Part shown: positions 1 to 12,200 of the stretch, piece by piece
Numbering within the stretch: the stretch's first letter is position 1
How the letters are laid out: each line of letters starts with the position of its first letter
Assembly (NCBI GenBank): GCA_964016885.1
Contig: OZ024754.1
Location: 15,996,001 to 16,060,000 of the forward strand
Length of the DNA stretch: 64,000 nucleotides
Reading direction: 5' to 3'
Source: Eledone cirrhosa
Taxonomy: Eukaryota
The notes under the pieces: model-generated
What the model saw: the letters and a program-made list of their open reading frames with translations, nothing else
The model's database searches: none
Told to the model about the DNA's origin: nothing
Position numbers and translations under genes: made by a program

Positions 1-1048
1 CTGCCCCAAATGCAAACAATGGGTACACAAGAGATGTAGTGGGATCTCAGGAAGCTTAGCAAAGAATGTAGGCTTTACATGTAGCAGCTGCGCCGGGACA
101 GCAAGCAGCAAATGGCCACAGGAAACAAGCACCACCAAACTCTGGGAGGGCTCTATAGAAACAGTAGACAGCTTCTGCTACCTAGGTCACCAAATTAATA
201 GTGGAGGTGGGTGTTCGAAAAGTACAGTAACCAGGTTAAGAATGGGGTGGAAGAAGTTCAGGGAGCTACTGCCAGTGCTAGCTGCAAAAGGCTTTTCCTT
301 CAAAATGAAAGGCAGACTGTATGATGCGTGCATACGAACAGCAATGCTATATGGTAGTGAGACCTGGGCACTGTCTGTGGAAGACTTGCGTAGATTAGAA
401 AGAAACGAAGTTTGCATGCTCCGATGGATGTGTAATAGTAATATACGCGAACGGCAAAGCATAAACGAATTGAGAGAGAGGCTGAGCATAAGAGGAATCA
501 AATGATGTGTGCAGGAGAGGAGGTTGCGCTGGTATGGACATGTGATGCGTATGAAGGATGACAGCTGCATAAAAAGATGCAGAGCAGTAGAAGTCAATGG
601 AAGTGGGGAGACCCAAGAAGACCTGGGATGAGGTGATAAAAGCCAACCTTACCCAATTTACACCTCTCAAAGGCGATGACACAGGACCGTGACCTCTGGC
701 GTCACGCAGTAATACAGAAGACCCGACTTCCCACAGGTACAAGCCGAAGCTGAAGCATATAGACAATATGCCCCCACACCCTCCCACTGCAAAGTGGTCG
801 TGGAGGTGCCACGGCAAAAAAGCACCCAGCCCACACTGTAAAGTGGACGAGTAGGCGCCACAGAAAAAAGCACCCAGCACTCACTGTAAATGAGGTTGGT
901 GTTGGAAGGGCATCCAGCTGTAGAAATCAAGCCAGAATCAGTTCCCGTATGAGTGAGACAAGGTCAGCCAACTGGACACTGCCCACAACAGGACAACCCG
1001 TCTAACCCATGCTAGCATGGAAGAATGAACGTAAAACGGTGATGATGA
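1..1048 (+). mobile_element. RTE-clade LINE 3' fragment with its tail
   Basis: Translates to CPKCKQWVHKRCSG...ETVDSFCYLG...GWKKFRELLPVL...MLYGSETW...RLRWYGHVMRM, with stops and frameshifts. Ends with the cccatgctagcatggaa...(gat)n tail shared by many repeats in this window. Confidence 0.85.
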
Positions 1049-1049
1049 T

Positions 1050-1765
1050 CCAGTAGTTGGTCATATTATACACAAGTAATATATTACATATATGTGTATA
1101 CATAGTTGGGTATATTATACACAAGTAATATATTACATATATATACAGTAGTTGGGTATATTAAACACAAGTAACATATTACATATATATACAGTAGTTG
1201 GGTATATTATACACAAGAAATATATTACATATATATATATATACAGTAGTTGGTCATAAGCAATATATTACACACATATATACAGTAGTTGGTTATATTA
1301 TACACAAGCAATATATTACATATATATATATATATACAGTGGTTGGGCATATTATACACAAGTAATATATTACACACATATATACAGTAGTTGGTCATAT
1401 TATACACAAGCAATATTTACATATATATATACAGTAGTTGGTCATATTATACACAAACAATATATTACACACATGTACAATAGTTGGTCATATTATACAC
1501 AAGTAACATATTACACACATATATACAGTAGTTGGGCATATTATACACAATATATTACATATATATATACAGTAGTTGGTCATATTATACACAAGTAATA
1601 TATTACACACATATACACAGTAGTTGGTCATGTTATACACAAGTAATATATTACACACATATATACAGTAATTGGTTATATTATACACAAGTAATATATT
1701 ACACACATATACACAGTAGTTGGTCATATTATACACAAGTAATATATTATATATATATATAGTAG
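1050..1765. repeat. Minisatellite, unit of about 45-50 bp (cagtagttggtcatattatacacaagtaatatattacacacatatata)
   Basis: Direct tandem copies with a variable (ta)n tract, ending next to the shugoshin exon donor. Confidence 0.9.
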
Positions 1766-1769
1766 TTAC

Positions 1770-4234
1770 CTTCAAACGAGCACCAACTTGTTCATCAACA
1801 CATTGTGAAGCAACAAACTTATTATTAGCAGCATCAAGCATCATATTTCTATTATCAATCCGAAGAGAAGAGATGATGTCTGATGCCAATGCTAAGTCTT
1901 GTTTGGCAACCTGTAAGGCATGGGCTAGAGCTCTATTGTTAGATCTCAACGTCTGTTTCACTTTTGTCGAAGCATTCACTAAAAATAGAAATAATTACAA
2001 AATCTTTTAAATTTCATTAATTTTCAAACCTGTTTAAATCTTGATATGCTTTCATTAACTCTTAACATCCTGTAATGATTCAGATTTGTTAATCCAAATG
2101 GTTAAAGTATCTTTAATAACAGTGCTGTATTGTACTTCTCAAGAATGTCTTGCTAATGTGGTTTCATGTAATTTGTTAATTCAAATGTTTATAGCATCTT
2201 TACTAGTGGTTATAGTATCTTTAATAATGGACAGATTGTTATGAAAATTTGCAATATTAGAATAAAGACTTTTTAATGTCAAGCAGTCATAGTGGTTTTA
2301 AACTCTTCAAGAATGTCTTGATAATGTGGTTTCATGTAATTTATGAATTCAAATCTTTATAGTATCTTTACTAGAGAATAGATTGTAAAAATTTGCAGTA
2401 AACCAAAGACTTTAATCTATACTATAAAGCTGACGGCCGTATGTAAGTAACAAACTTTCCGCCAAGCGGCTGGACCAAACGGCACCAAATTTGAACCATA
2501 GATGTAACTTTTTCCAAGTAAGAAAGCGAGGGTATTTTTGTCTACTGAATTTTGTTAAAAGATTTAAGACATTATTTAAATATTCACTTCTTCAGAATTT
2601 TCAAATGTCAACACTTCCGGTTATACGACATTCCTAACGTCTTCACGTACCAAAGTATCGTCTTCCTGTTTTCTTTCGGTTGCAACGTTTTTCGAAATAT
2701 TTACTTCTGCATTCACAGATTGATTTTTTTTAGTTTCAGAAGATCCCGTTAAGGGTGAAAGCAGCGATTCTTTGCTTAACCTTTAATCTGTTATTTTAAT
2801 ATATATATATAATTATATATTCGTGTACAGATATTTTTGTATACACAAAAACAAAATATAATCAAACGTATTTATTTCACGAAAGCACAGATGGCTTATC
2901 ATCATTGTTACTGCCAATATGCCACCCAAAAAGTCCCAGCCTGGCCGCAAGATCAGATTTTCCAGAAGAAAAAATGTTACTAGAGCAATAGAGAGACTAA
3001 GCTTCACGATTACCATCAACAAAGCTCAGGGTCAAATCCTAAAAGTGGCTGGCCTTCATCTGGGAAAACCATGGTCAATTGTATGTAGGATGCTCTAGAA
3101 TGAGCTCACCAAACAATCTCTTCATCTTTGCTCCCGAGGACCGGACAAAACATATTGTATACTCTGAGGCTCTAACAATGTAATTTATGTATTTTCTGTT
3201 ACTTGGAATTTCCATTATGGTTGTACAAATTATTGTAAAGTTTGTTAAAAAATGTGTTCTCTGTTCAACCTTTATTGTCGCAACTATCAATTTTCTTTAA
3301 CGTACTGGCTGAGAATAGAAACCTATAATGAAAGAACATCTTAAAGTTTACCCAAGCCAAATGTTGTATTTATTAACATTTCTTAGCAAGCTTACTGGCG
3401 CTTTAGTATTGTATTCAATTCTCATATCGTTTTTGATTGATATGGTGCATATATCGCAGCTATTCATATGTTTTAAACATTAGATAACGATTGCTGATGT
3501 ATATTGTACGACAGAATTAGCTGAAAAATATTTTGAATGAACAAATAAACGAGATATAAAAGAGAGATGTTTGTTGGTTGGTTCCTTCGCGTATCACACA
3601 AAAAAAATGAAAAGTGACAATCGGAAAGTATGTACAGGATTGGGATAAGAAAGTTTATTGATACTAATTTTATAACACCAAAGAAGAAGAAAAACATACC
3701 ACGTATGCTAACCAACCTGACTGCTATTTTTAGCAGGTTGGGTATCAACCATAAGGGATTCTCTCTGCGAGTTCGTTGTCAGTGATGATCGTGTTTCACG
3801 GCCTCACGATTCCAACGGTGGTTTACACACACATATATATACACACGAACACTCACACACATATATATATATACACAAACACACACACACACTGTAAACA
3901 AGACAATGCATTCAATACAGACGTTTTCTCTTCTGCCGGTTTTCTCTTATTTGTTAACCTTGGCGAAGCTAGGTACCTCAGCTAGTATAATATAGTTTTG
4001 GAGTTGTTTTGCATTTTTCTTGAATGTCTTGCTAATGCTGTTTAATGCAGTACAGGACGTTAAGAGTTAAGATAAATTATAATGAAACTTTAAGAAAGAG
4101 CAATACTTACAGCTACTATTAAAACTGCCATTGGAACGATTTAAACCCTTCTTTCTTTGGCTCATGTGGATCTTTTTCTTGACAACTTTTAGTTTCACTT
4201 TACTGGTGTCTTTCGGTGTTTTTGCCTTTTCCAT
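1770..4234 (-). CDS. SGO: Shugoshin (SGO1/SGO2 family), first two coding exons; gene continues beyond the left edge
   Basis: Exons 4234-4111 (MEKAKTPKDTSKVKLKVVKKKIHMSQRKKGLNRSNGSFNSS, phase 1) and 1978-1770 (LNASTKVKQTLRSNNRALAHALQVAKQDL...GARLK) join in frame at GT-AG sites. The L-x-x-NNRALA-x-AL coiled coil resembles the shugoshin N-terminal PP2A-binding region. A probable 5'UTR exon ends at the donor at 8270. Confidence 0.8.
2416..3985 (+). mobile_element. Non-autonomous Helitron with both termini
   Basis: Starts A|TCTATACTATAAAG and ends with hairpin ccttggcgaagctagg, then CTAG|T. Internal 2995-3175 encodes the Pif1 helicase C-terminus (LSFTITINKAQGQ..VAGLHL / HGQLYVGCSR..TKHIVYSEAL). 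The flanks rejoin into a repeat seen intact near 32880. Confidence 0.85.
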
Positions 4235-4275
4235 CTAAAAAAATAAAGACAATTTTAGAAAATTCTTCTTTGTAA

Positions 4276-4490
4276 CCCTTTAGCATTTACATTACTCTAT
4301 ATATACTATTATATTTTCATGGTAAAGGCTTTACTGCACATTATTTCAGAATATCGAATCTATGAGATTTTAATATTTATTTTGAGAACAATAACTTAAC
4401 ATCAGTATGAGTGGCTGGTTACAGCCAGTTTGAATAGAAAGAAGTGAAAGAATTATGGCCGGATACGGCAGGTTTAAAAATGCTAAAGGG
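4276..4490 (+). mobile_element. piggyBac-type MITE (family copy 1 of 8)
   Basis: TIRs CCCTTTAGCATTTA...TAAATGCTAAAGGG. Right flank TTAA, left flank GTAA in this copy; most other copies have TTAA on both sides. Confidence 0.8.
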
Positions 4491-4739
4491 TTAATGATCC
4501 CCACCCCCTATTTTATTTATATGCTTGCTTTTTGTTACCTGATCACCCTCTAAAAGGAGTTTCGGTCATGAAATTGCAAGGATAATCTCAGTTGATAGAG
4601 GTTTTTTCCCATTCATAATACATTCCCCGGAATGTAACAGTAGAAACCCCAATAATTTTTCCCTGGAGGGCAGGTGCCTTAGCAGAAACATGGTTTATCA
4701 GTGTAGGCTATCAAAGAACTAAGTTTTATATGTGGCCGA

Positions 4740-7700
4740 TGCTCAGGTGTAGTAAGTAGCAAGTGCCCACATGATACTAGCTCCTTCAAATGACCAGACG
4801 GATCTATAGAAATAGTCAACACTTTCCGCTACCTGGGTGATGAAATCAGCCGTGGAGGAGGATATTCCGAAATTACAGTAGCCAGAGTAAGAACTGGATA
4901 GAGGAAGTTCAGAGAGTTAATAGCGCTGTTAGCTACAAAAGGTTTTCCCTAAAAATGAAGGGAAGTTTGTACGATGCATGTATACAAAAAGCAATGTTTC
5001 ATGGGCATTGTATGCAGGTTCCGAGCGAATAATTAGGCATATGAGGGATCAGATGCAGTATGAAATAGGAGATTGCATTGGTATGGTCAAGTGATGCGTA
5101 TAATAATGAAATTATTGTGTAAAGTGCTCAGGTGCACTACAACTCGTCAAAGGTGTATGTATAGTACATAGAATAATACACAAATGTCAGGGAAGTACAT
5201 GTGTGTATGTGTTAGCTGTAGTGTTGGCGGATCTCGGGAAGCATGGAGGCCTTAAAGGATGCAGTGTCTCGACAGCTAACAACTGATGCAGGTAGTTTGT
5301 TCCATGCTTCAGCAACTCTGAGCGTGAAAAAATGTTTCCGAAAGTCATGGGAACTGTGCTGTTTTCTTACTTTGTGGGCATGTCCGCGTGTGTTAGACAC
5401 ATGGAAATCAAAAAGGTACTCAGGGTTGTTGTTGGCAACATGGTTAATAATTTTGTGGGTGTTTACCAAGTCAGTTGCCAGGCGTCGGAGCTTCAATGAA
5501 TCCATGCCCAGGGAAGCAAGGCGCTCAGAGTATGGTAGATGCCTGATGGAGGGTATTCGCTTGGTTGCACGTCTCTGAACAGTTTCCAGGCGGTCAATGC
5601 TCTGAGCAAGATAGGGGTTCCAGACTGGTGATGCAAATTCTAAGTGTGGTCGCACCATAGCTGTATACAGCCTTAAATAGATATCTGGAGAGCGGCTGAC
5701 AAAGGTCTTGCTGAGTGATGCTAAGACACCCTCGGCCCTCTTGACAATTTTAGAGATGTGCCTCGTCCAATGCAAATCGCTGCTGACCGTAATGCCCAGG
5801 TCACGTTCACAGGAAGACTTCTTGATATTAGTGCTGTGGAGGGAGTATGTGGACGCTGGGTTTTTACTCCCAAAATGCATGGTGGTGCACTTGTCCACAG
5901 CTAGCTTGAGTTGCCAGTCTGAGATCCATTGTTGCATTGTGTCCAGGTCAGACTGCAAGCAAGATCTATAGCGTTCAGGATCTGTCCTTTTTATCTCAAG
6001 GTACAGCTTGATGTCGTCTGCGTACTTTAGTACTGTGGCATTCCTTAAGTTGGCATCTATGTCAATAATATATGCCACATACAAAAGGGGGCCAAGAACA
6101 GACTCTGCTTTGAGTGAACATACTTCCAGAACACCTTACTGTCAGGGCTGGTTGCTATGCGCTGCTCAAATTGAAGCACTGCCTTTTTTGTCACCTGTTT
6201 GAGGTGGTTGGACGATCTATTTCGCCTCTTCCTATTAATGTCTGATTTGTGAAGTTTGTACTCACGTTCAGCATTGCGCTGTTCTTTTCTGGCAAGACGG
6301 ACTGCTGCAGTCTCCCAAATTGCGCTTTTGGAATGTTTTTTCCGCTTACGTGGCACCGATGCTGCACATGCTATCCATATTGAGCTCAGGATGTTCTGGA
6401 GTACAGTGTTGACATCTCCAGAGTCGTAGAACTCAAGCCAGTTTGGCCGTTGCAACTCGGTGCAGTAACAGTTCCAGTCTGCTTTATTCCAGTCAACGTG
6501 AGCAGTTTGGAGATGGTTGTAGTTCTTGTTACTGCCCATGAGGGATAGATTGGCAATGATCATAGCATGATCAGAGTCACCTAAAGGTTCCTCAGCAGTA
6601 ACACTAATGACCATTTCAAGAGTAGTGGTGAAGAGTATGTCCAAAGTGTTGTCACCTCTCGTTGGGGAGGTGACCACCTGGGACCAACTCGAGTCCAGCA
6701 CTAGCTCAAGGAAGTCATTTGCACTTGGCGGCCAACGAAAGGTTTCCCAGTCAATCTCAGGGTGATTGAAGTCACCTGCAATGAAAACATAAGTGGCTGT
6801 CTTCCTGGCAGCAGCTCTGAGGATATCATAAAGTTGAGTGTCCTGATGGTAATTTGGGGGACGGTAAACGACTCCAAGTCATACGTATATCGTCATACGT
6901 ATATCGCAAAAAAAAAACTTCCTGCTGTGATTGGTTCAAATCAGCACAAGGAATTGCCGACAGATTTGACCGAACGTAGACCATTACACCACCACCACGA
7001 CGATTAATGCGGTCTTTACGAAACAGGTTGTAGCCAGTCATGCTGAAAACCTCATCACAGAGTAAGGGATGTGCCCAAGTTTCCGTGACTGTAATGAAGT
7101 CAGGGTTGATACTTTTGACGTAGGAGTCAAAAAGATGAATCTTATTGCATAGACTACGTGCATTCAAGGACAATTTGTACCTTGATTCCAGTCTATGATT
7201 ATGTGCAGGGGATGGCAGGTTGTTCTGATTTAGTTTCCCAGAGTTTTTTCAGTTTCTTTATTGTCAGTTGTTGTGGGTACAGTGTTTTCATGAAGGACTG
7301 CAGCTGTATATAAAGGTGCAGGGCGATCAAAATTAATGGAAGCTATAAAGTAGGAAGGCCTGGGACAAGCTGATAAAAGTTGACCTTGCACAATTGCACC
7401 TCTCAAAGACAATGACACAGGATCGAGATCTTTGGCGTTATGCAGTAATACAGAAGACTCGCCTTCCCTTGCGCACGCAGTCAAACATACATCCAGCGTG
7501 CACCTGTTAATCACCTAATCCACTATACCCCTTTCCATACACACCCCCACGCTCCTACACTACCCTTACACTATAAAGTTATGTTGGTATCACAAAAACA
7601 TCCAGCCCACACTGTAAAGTGGTTGTATAGGTGTCACGACAAAAAACACCCAGCCAACACTGTGAAGTGATCGTGTAGGAGTCACTACAAAAAGTACCCA

Positions 7701-7853
7701 GCACACTGTAAATGTGGTTGGCGTTTTAGGAAGGGCATCCAGCCCAAAACAGTCCTATATGAGCAAGACACGGTCACCTGACCCAGCCTGCCTCTAATGG
7801 GATAACTCGTCTAACCCATGCTAGCGTGGAAAATGGACGTTAAACGATGATGA
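4740..7853 (+). mobile_element. Degenerate RTE LINE 3' fragment split by a CR1 insertion (pieces about 4740-5100 and 7290-7853)
   Basis: gtgatgcgta at 5091-5100 continues as atgaaggactgcagctg at 7290, collinear with the uninterrupted copy at 541-570. Ends in the cccatgctagc...(gat)n tail. Confidence 0.8.
5101..7289 (-). mobile_element. CR1-like LINE, APE endonuclease plus internally deleted RT
   Basis: APE motifs SLNARSL, ITVTETW, RKDR...GGGV, LDILFT, LGDSDH. RT motifs VLKYADDIKLY, ERDLGI, VRPHLEFASPVWNP, TRGH, FFTLRVAEAWNKLP. (taa)n tail at 5101. Confidence 0.9.
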
Positions 7854-8269
7854 CTATATATAATATATATATATATAATATATAGAGAGGGGGCATTTAG
7901 ATTTGCATTTTCTGTTATTGTTTCAATACAAAAAAAAAACGGTTCTTGTCGAGGACCGCAACAATGTTTACGTTGTAATAAGTTTCTGTGAATTTTTGGC
8001 CGAAAATAAATTAAATGACGTTGTTGAAAACTCACTTTCCAAGGAGAAATGAAAGGTTTGGAAGAATAGAATAGACTGTTGTAAAGAAATTCAAAAGCTG
8101 GACAACAACGAAGACAGAGTAACTAGGTATAGAATCATTGAAAAGACGACAGCAAATTATAGAATATGGAGAAAAATATAAACACAAGAACATTCATCGA
8201 CAAAATATAAATATTTCTTTTTCATAAAAGTTAATGTTTATGAAGAAAATAGTGAATGTAAGCTCCTAC

Positions 8270-9279
8270 CTTTTTCTTTGTGAGAGACTCTTTTCACAAC
8301 GATTCTTTTTTAGAACCCAGCTTCGACTCCAAATTTAAAAATAAAACTCTTATTTCTGATTGGTTGATTGCTTTTCTTTTTCTTGGTAGATGGGTGTTTT
8401 AATTTCAGATGGAGAATCTATTTTGATTTATAGTGATAAATTAATTAATCATAATTATAATATTTAATTATAAATTAAATGTGATTATGATTGCTAATAT
8501 ATTTTAGAGAAAATGAAAAAAAAATCTTATATGATTATAACGGTTGGTCGGGTTTGTTTAATCACCTAGAGTTGTCTTTCTTGAAATATAGATGGCATTT
8601 CTAGTAAGGGAACCCCAAAAGAAAACCAACAGAATTTAATAAAACGTCTTGCTTAAGACTATCTCGCTAGACCACCTTGATAAAATAAAGCACTAGCCAA
8701 AGTTCATATAATGAAGCCCTCTGTTGGCTTTGTGCCTGAATTAGAGGTTGACTTTGCCTTTCATCCTTACGGGGTCGATAAAATAAAGTACCAGTAATGC
8801 ACTGGATATTTGCTGGCCTTGTACCAAAAGTAGAAACAATTCTTTTTTAAAAAATAAGGTCATTGGATTGGCAGAATCGGTAGAGCGTCAGACACCATGC
8901 TTTGCAGCATAGAGTTATGACCTTTTTATGTTCTGAGTTTAAATCCCGTCGAGGTTCGCTTTGCCTTTCATCCTTACGGGAGAAAAAAATAAAGCACCAG
9001 TAATACACTGCGATAATTGCTAGCCTTGTGTCAAAAATAGAAACAATTATTTTAAATAAAAACGGAAACCACCCTTCTCTCAATTAATCTATACACAAAA
9101 CAAACATTTTATAAACCAGACACCACTAATCACCTTTTGTATTTTATTTGTTCCTTTTTAAAACTTATGATCGTAAGTATATGTCAATGTTTATTTTCAA
9201 AAGTATGAATGATGTGATATGCTAGCGGGCCTTTTAATAGCAAGGAACCTGCACACCGCTTCTAATCATTAAGATTAAA
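8270..9279. promoter_or_regulatory. Putative divergent promoter region between shugoshin and OVCA2
   Basis: Genes are head to head. CCAAT box on - strand at 8359-8363 and CHR-like TTTAAA at 8334-8339 lie just upstream of the probable shugoshin 5'UTR exon. Confidence 0.5.
8715..9050 (+). mobile_element. Two tandem tRNA-derived SINE copies with a Meta/MESC-like central domain
   Basis: Core gactttgcctttcatccttacggggtcgataaaataaagtaccag; A/B-box-like head in the second copy. Other copies near 12705, 14330(-), 21850-22160, 25420, 27810(-), 42545, 51420-51960(-), 54748. Domain name is from memory. Confidence 0.7.
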
Positions 9280-12200
9280 ATGTTAGCATCACCACAAACT
9301 GTTACTTCTTCCAGAACAATCTTACGTGTAAGAACATTTTTTTTTTTAAATTCATTTCCCAAAATCATTATCATGGTATTTGAGCAAGCAATATATTTTG
9401 TTGGTTCTAGTTTATTGCAGTGATATAATTGTTTCTACTTTTTTTTTACTATAATGAGGATTGGACACACTGAGGTCAATTGATAAAGTCGACGTATTTC
9501 ATACGTTGTGGCAACATATTCAGTGTAGACAGAAGTTAAAGACTGAAACACTTGCTTAGGGCAATAGTTTTATACTACTAAGAAAAAAAAAAAATCAGCA
9601 AAGAGAAAACCGTATTTATTTGAAGGGCGTTCGCTTTGCAATCATTAGTTCCTGGGTTCTGTCCCATTGCGTGTGATATTGGGCAAGTGCTATTTCTATA
9701 GCCTGGAATCAGCTCTGCTTTGTGAGAGAATAAACAGAAACTGTTCGGAAGCCAATCGGATGGACTGTATTTGTAATTCAAAGGGCCAGTTTGGTCATAT
9801 ACACAGTGAGATGTCTATAACATTTTCAGTCACTTATTCGTTAATTTCATAAGTAGTTTGTGTACAGAGCATATAAATAAATTTACAGTAGAATAACATA
9901 ACAAATATGTTTTAAATATATACATAAATGACATTACAAATGCTTAGATAATATTATAAATTGCTCGCTATTCTTTCAGAAAGATATATTCTTTTAATGT
10001 TGTAATATTAAAGAAAATGTAAAAGAAGGAGTGGACAACCGAGAGTCACAACTTCCGCAGCCGAGCGGAGCAAGACCCTCAAATATTGTAATCTGTCGGC
10101 CAGCTGCATTTTTCAGCCTGTGGCTTTCGAGACGTTTGGGGGAGTCGGACCGCTGACTGGAAGGTTCCTCTCTTCACTTGCGGCTCGCCTAATAGAGGTA
10201 ACTGGCAAAATTCGGAGGGCGCTTGGTTGTTCCAGCGTATTAGCCTCGCCATCACCCGAGGCAACGCTGCCAGTGTGCTGGCTTGCCTAAAAAATCATTA
10301 GAGAGGTTACCCAATACTCCTCGTTGCTGTCTTTTGCTCTGGTGTTGGCTCCGTTGTTCACCCCTTCCTTTATATTTTCTTTAATATTGTAGCATTGAAG
10401 GAATATATCTTTCTGAAAGAATCGCGAGCAATTTATAATATTATCTAAGCATTTGTAATGTTATTTATGTATATATTTAAAACATATTTGTTATGTTATT
10501 CTACTGTAAATTTATTTATATGCTCTGTATAATAAAATTTGTAATGTTTGTTGTGTTGATGGAAAAACTGGGACAGTCATCGTAAAAACCAATGAGTATT
10601 TTACTGAAAAGATTACTTCAGTACAATGCAAGAAAATAATGTGCTACCTGTATAACACAGGACCCATCACTTAAAAGTCAGAAAAATCTGGTTACTGTTG
10701 GTGCCATGATAAAATGTACCCGATATACACTATAAATGGATAGTGCTGGAGCTTTAATAAAATGCACTCAGTACACTTTGTGAAGCAACAATGCTGGTGT
10801 AACATTAAAATGTACGCAGTACACTGTCAGCTGGAGACTGTTGCTTCTGACAGGACCCGCTGGTAGAAGTGTTTGAGGACTCTGACCCCACGACCCTCTC
10901 AGGAATAAGTGGGCGAAGGAGAAGAAAAAATAAAATAATTAATAGACGGTTTCAAAATGCTGGTACAATGTGGTAGAAAATCGATCGTTGTGTTTTTTTT
11001 TTAACTGTTTCAGCTCCACATTTGAAAAGACGGTAATATACCGGAAATATAATCTGGAAATACACTGCGTAAAACATTAGTTTTCTTATATTTGTTATCA
11101 TTTGCCCTTTGTATTTTTCTACCACACTATATCAGCTTTTTGAAACTTATCGGTCTTTTATTACATATCTCACAATGCTTTGTATTAACTACACTACTTT
11201 AAAATAATTCATAATTTTCATAAATCCCTCAAAATTTTAAATTAATTAATTGAAATACTGAGCACTACAAAGATGCATACTTACAAGTTTTTAGATAAAT
11301 ATAAACACTTTAAAATAAACAGTTTTGTATCATAAAAACTGGTGGTTTGGCGTTAAGAATGTTACATTTTCTATTGTAGATGTGAAATACTATCCACTTG
11401 GTATTTGCATAATGTAAACTATCATTCTTTTTCAGATTTTATGTATTCACGGCTACAGGTATATATATTATTATTTGTATCTTTTAATAACCTCTGTACA
11501 ATAAATTGCTGGCTAGCTTTCTTTTTTGTATGATATAAAACATGCTCTCTGCACACTGTTAGGCTGTAGTCTGGTGCCATGATAAAACACATAGTCTAAC
11601 ATGTAAGGTGGTAGTGCCAGACTCATGATAGAATGTTCCCTGTTCATGGAATAAAGTGGTTGGTATTTAGAAAGGCATCCAGAAACTATGCTTTCAGTTC
11701 ATGTTATAAAGTGGTTGGCATTAAGAAGAGCATCCAGACAAAGACACCAAGCTAAAGATGGAACATATGGGCAAGACATGGTCACCTGACAAATCTAGCC
11801 TTGAGTAAAATGTGTGTATATATAATCATCATCGTTTAACGTCTATCTTCCACGCTAGCATGGGTTAGACGGGAGTTATCTCATTTGAGGCAAGATTGGT
11901 CGGGCAACCGTGTCTTGCTCGTATAGGACTATCTGACAAGGTGTGGTAAGATACCAGGTGGACCGTAACGCCCCAGAGTACTCAATACTTAGAGTAATAG
12001 AGTGGATAATATGAAAAGAGTCAGGATCCCGACGGCTGAGCTCCGAACTGTTTGGATCTAGCTGTTGAAACGGCCGGAGCTCAGCCATCGGGGTGCTGAA
12101 TCTTTTCATATATATGTCTAGCCTTGTATATAGTATATGTATGTAATATATATAAGAGAGTGTTAAAGTTTGCTTGAAGCATGTATATATATATATATAT

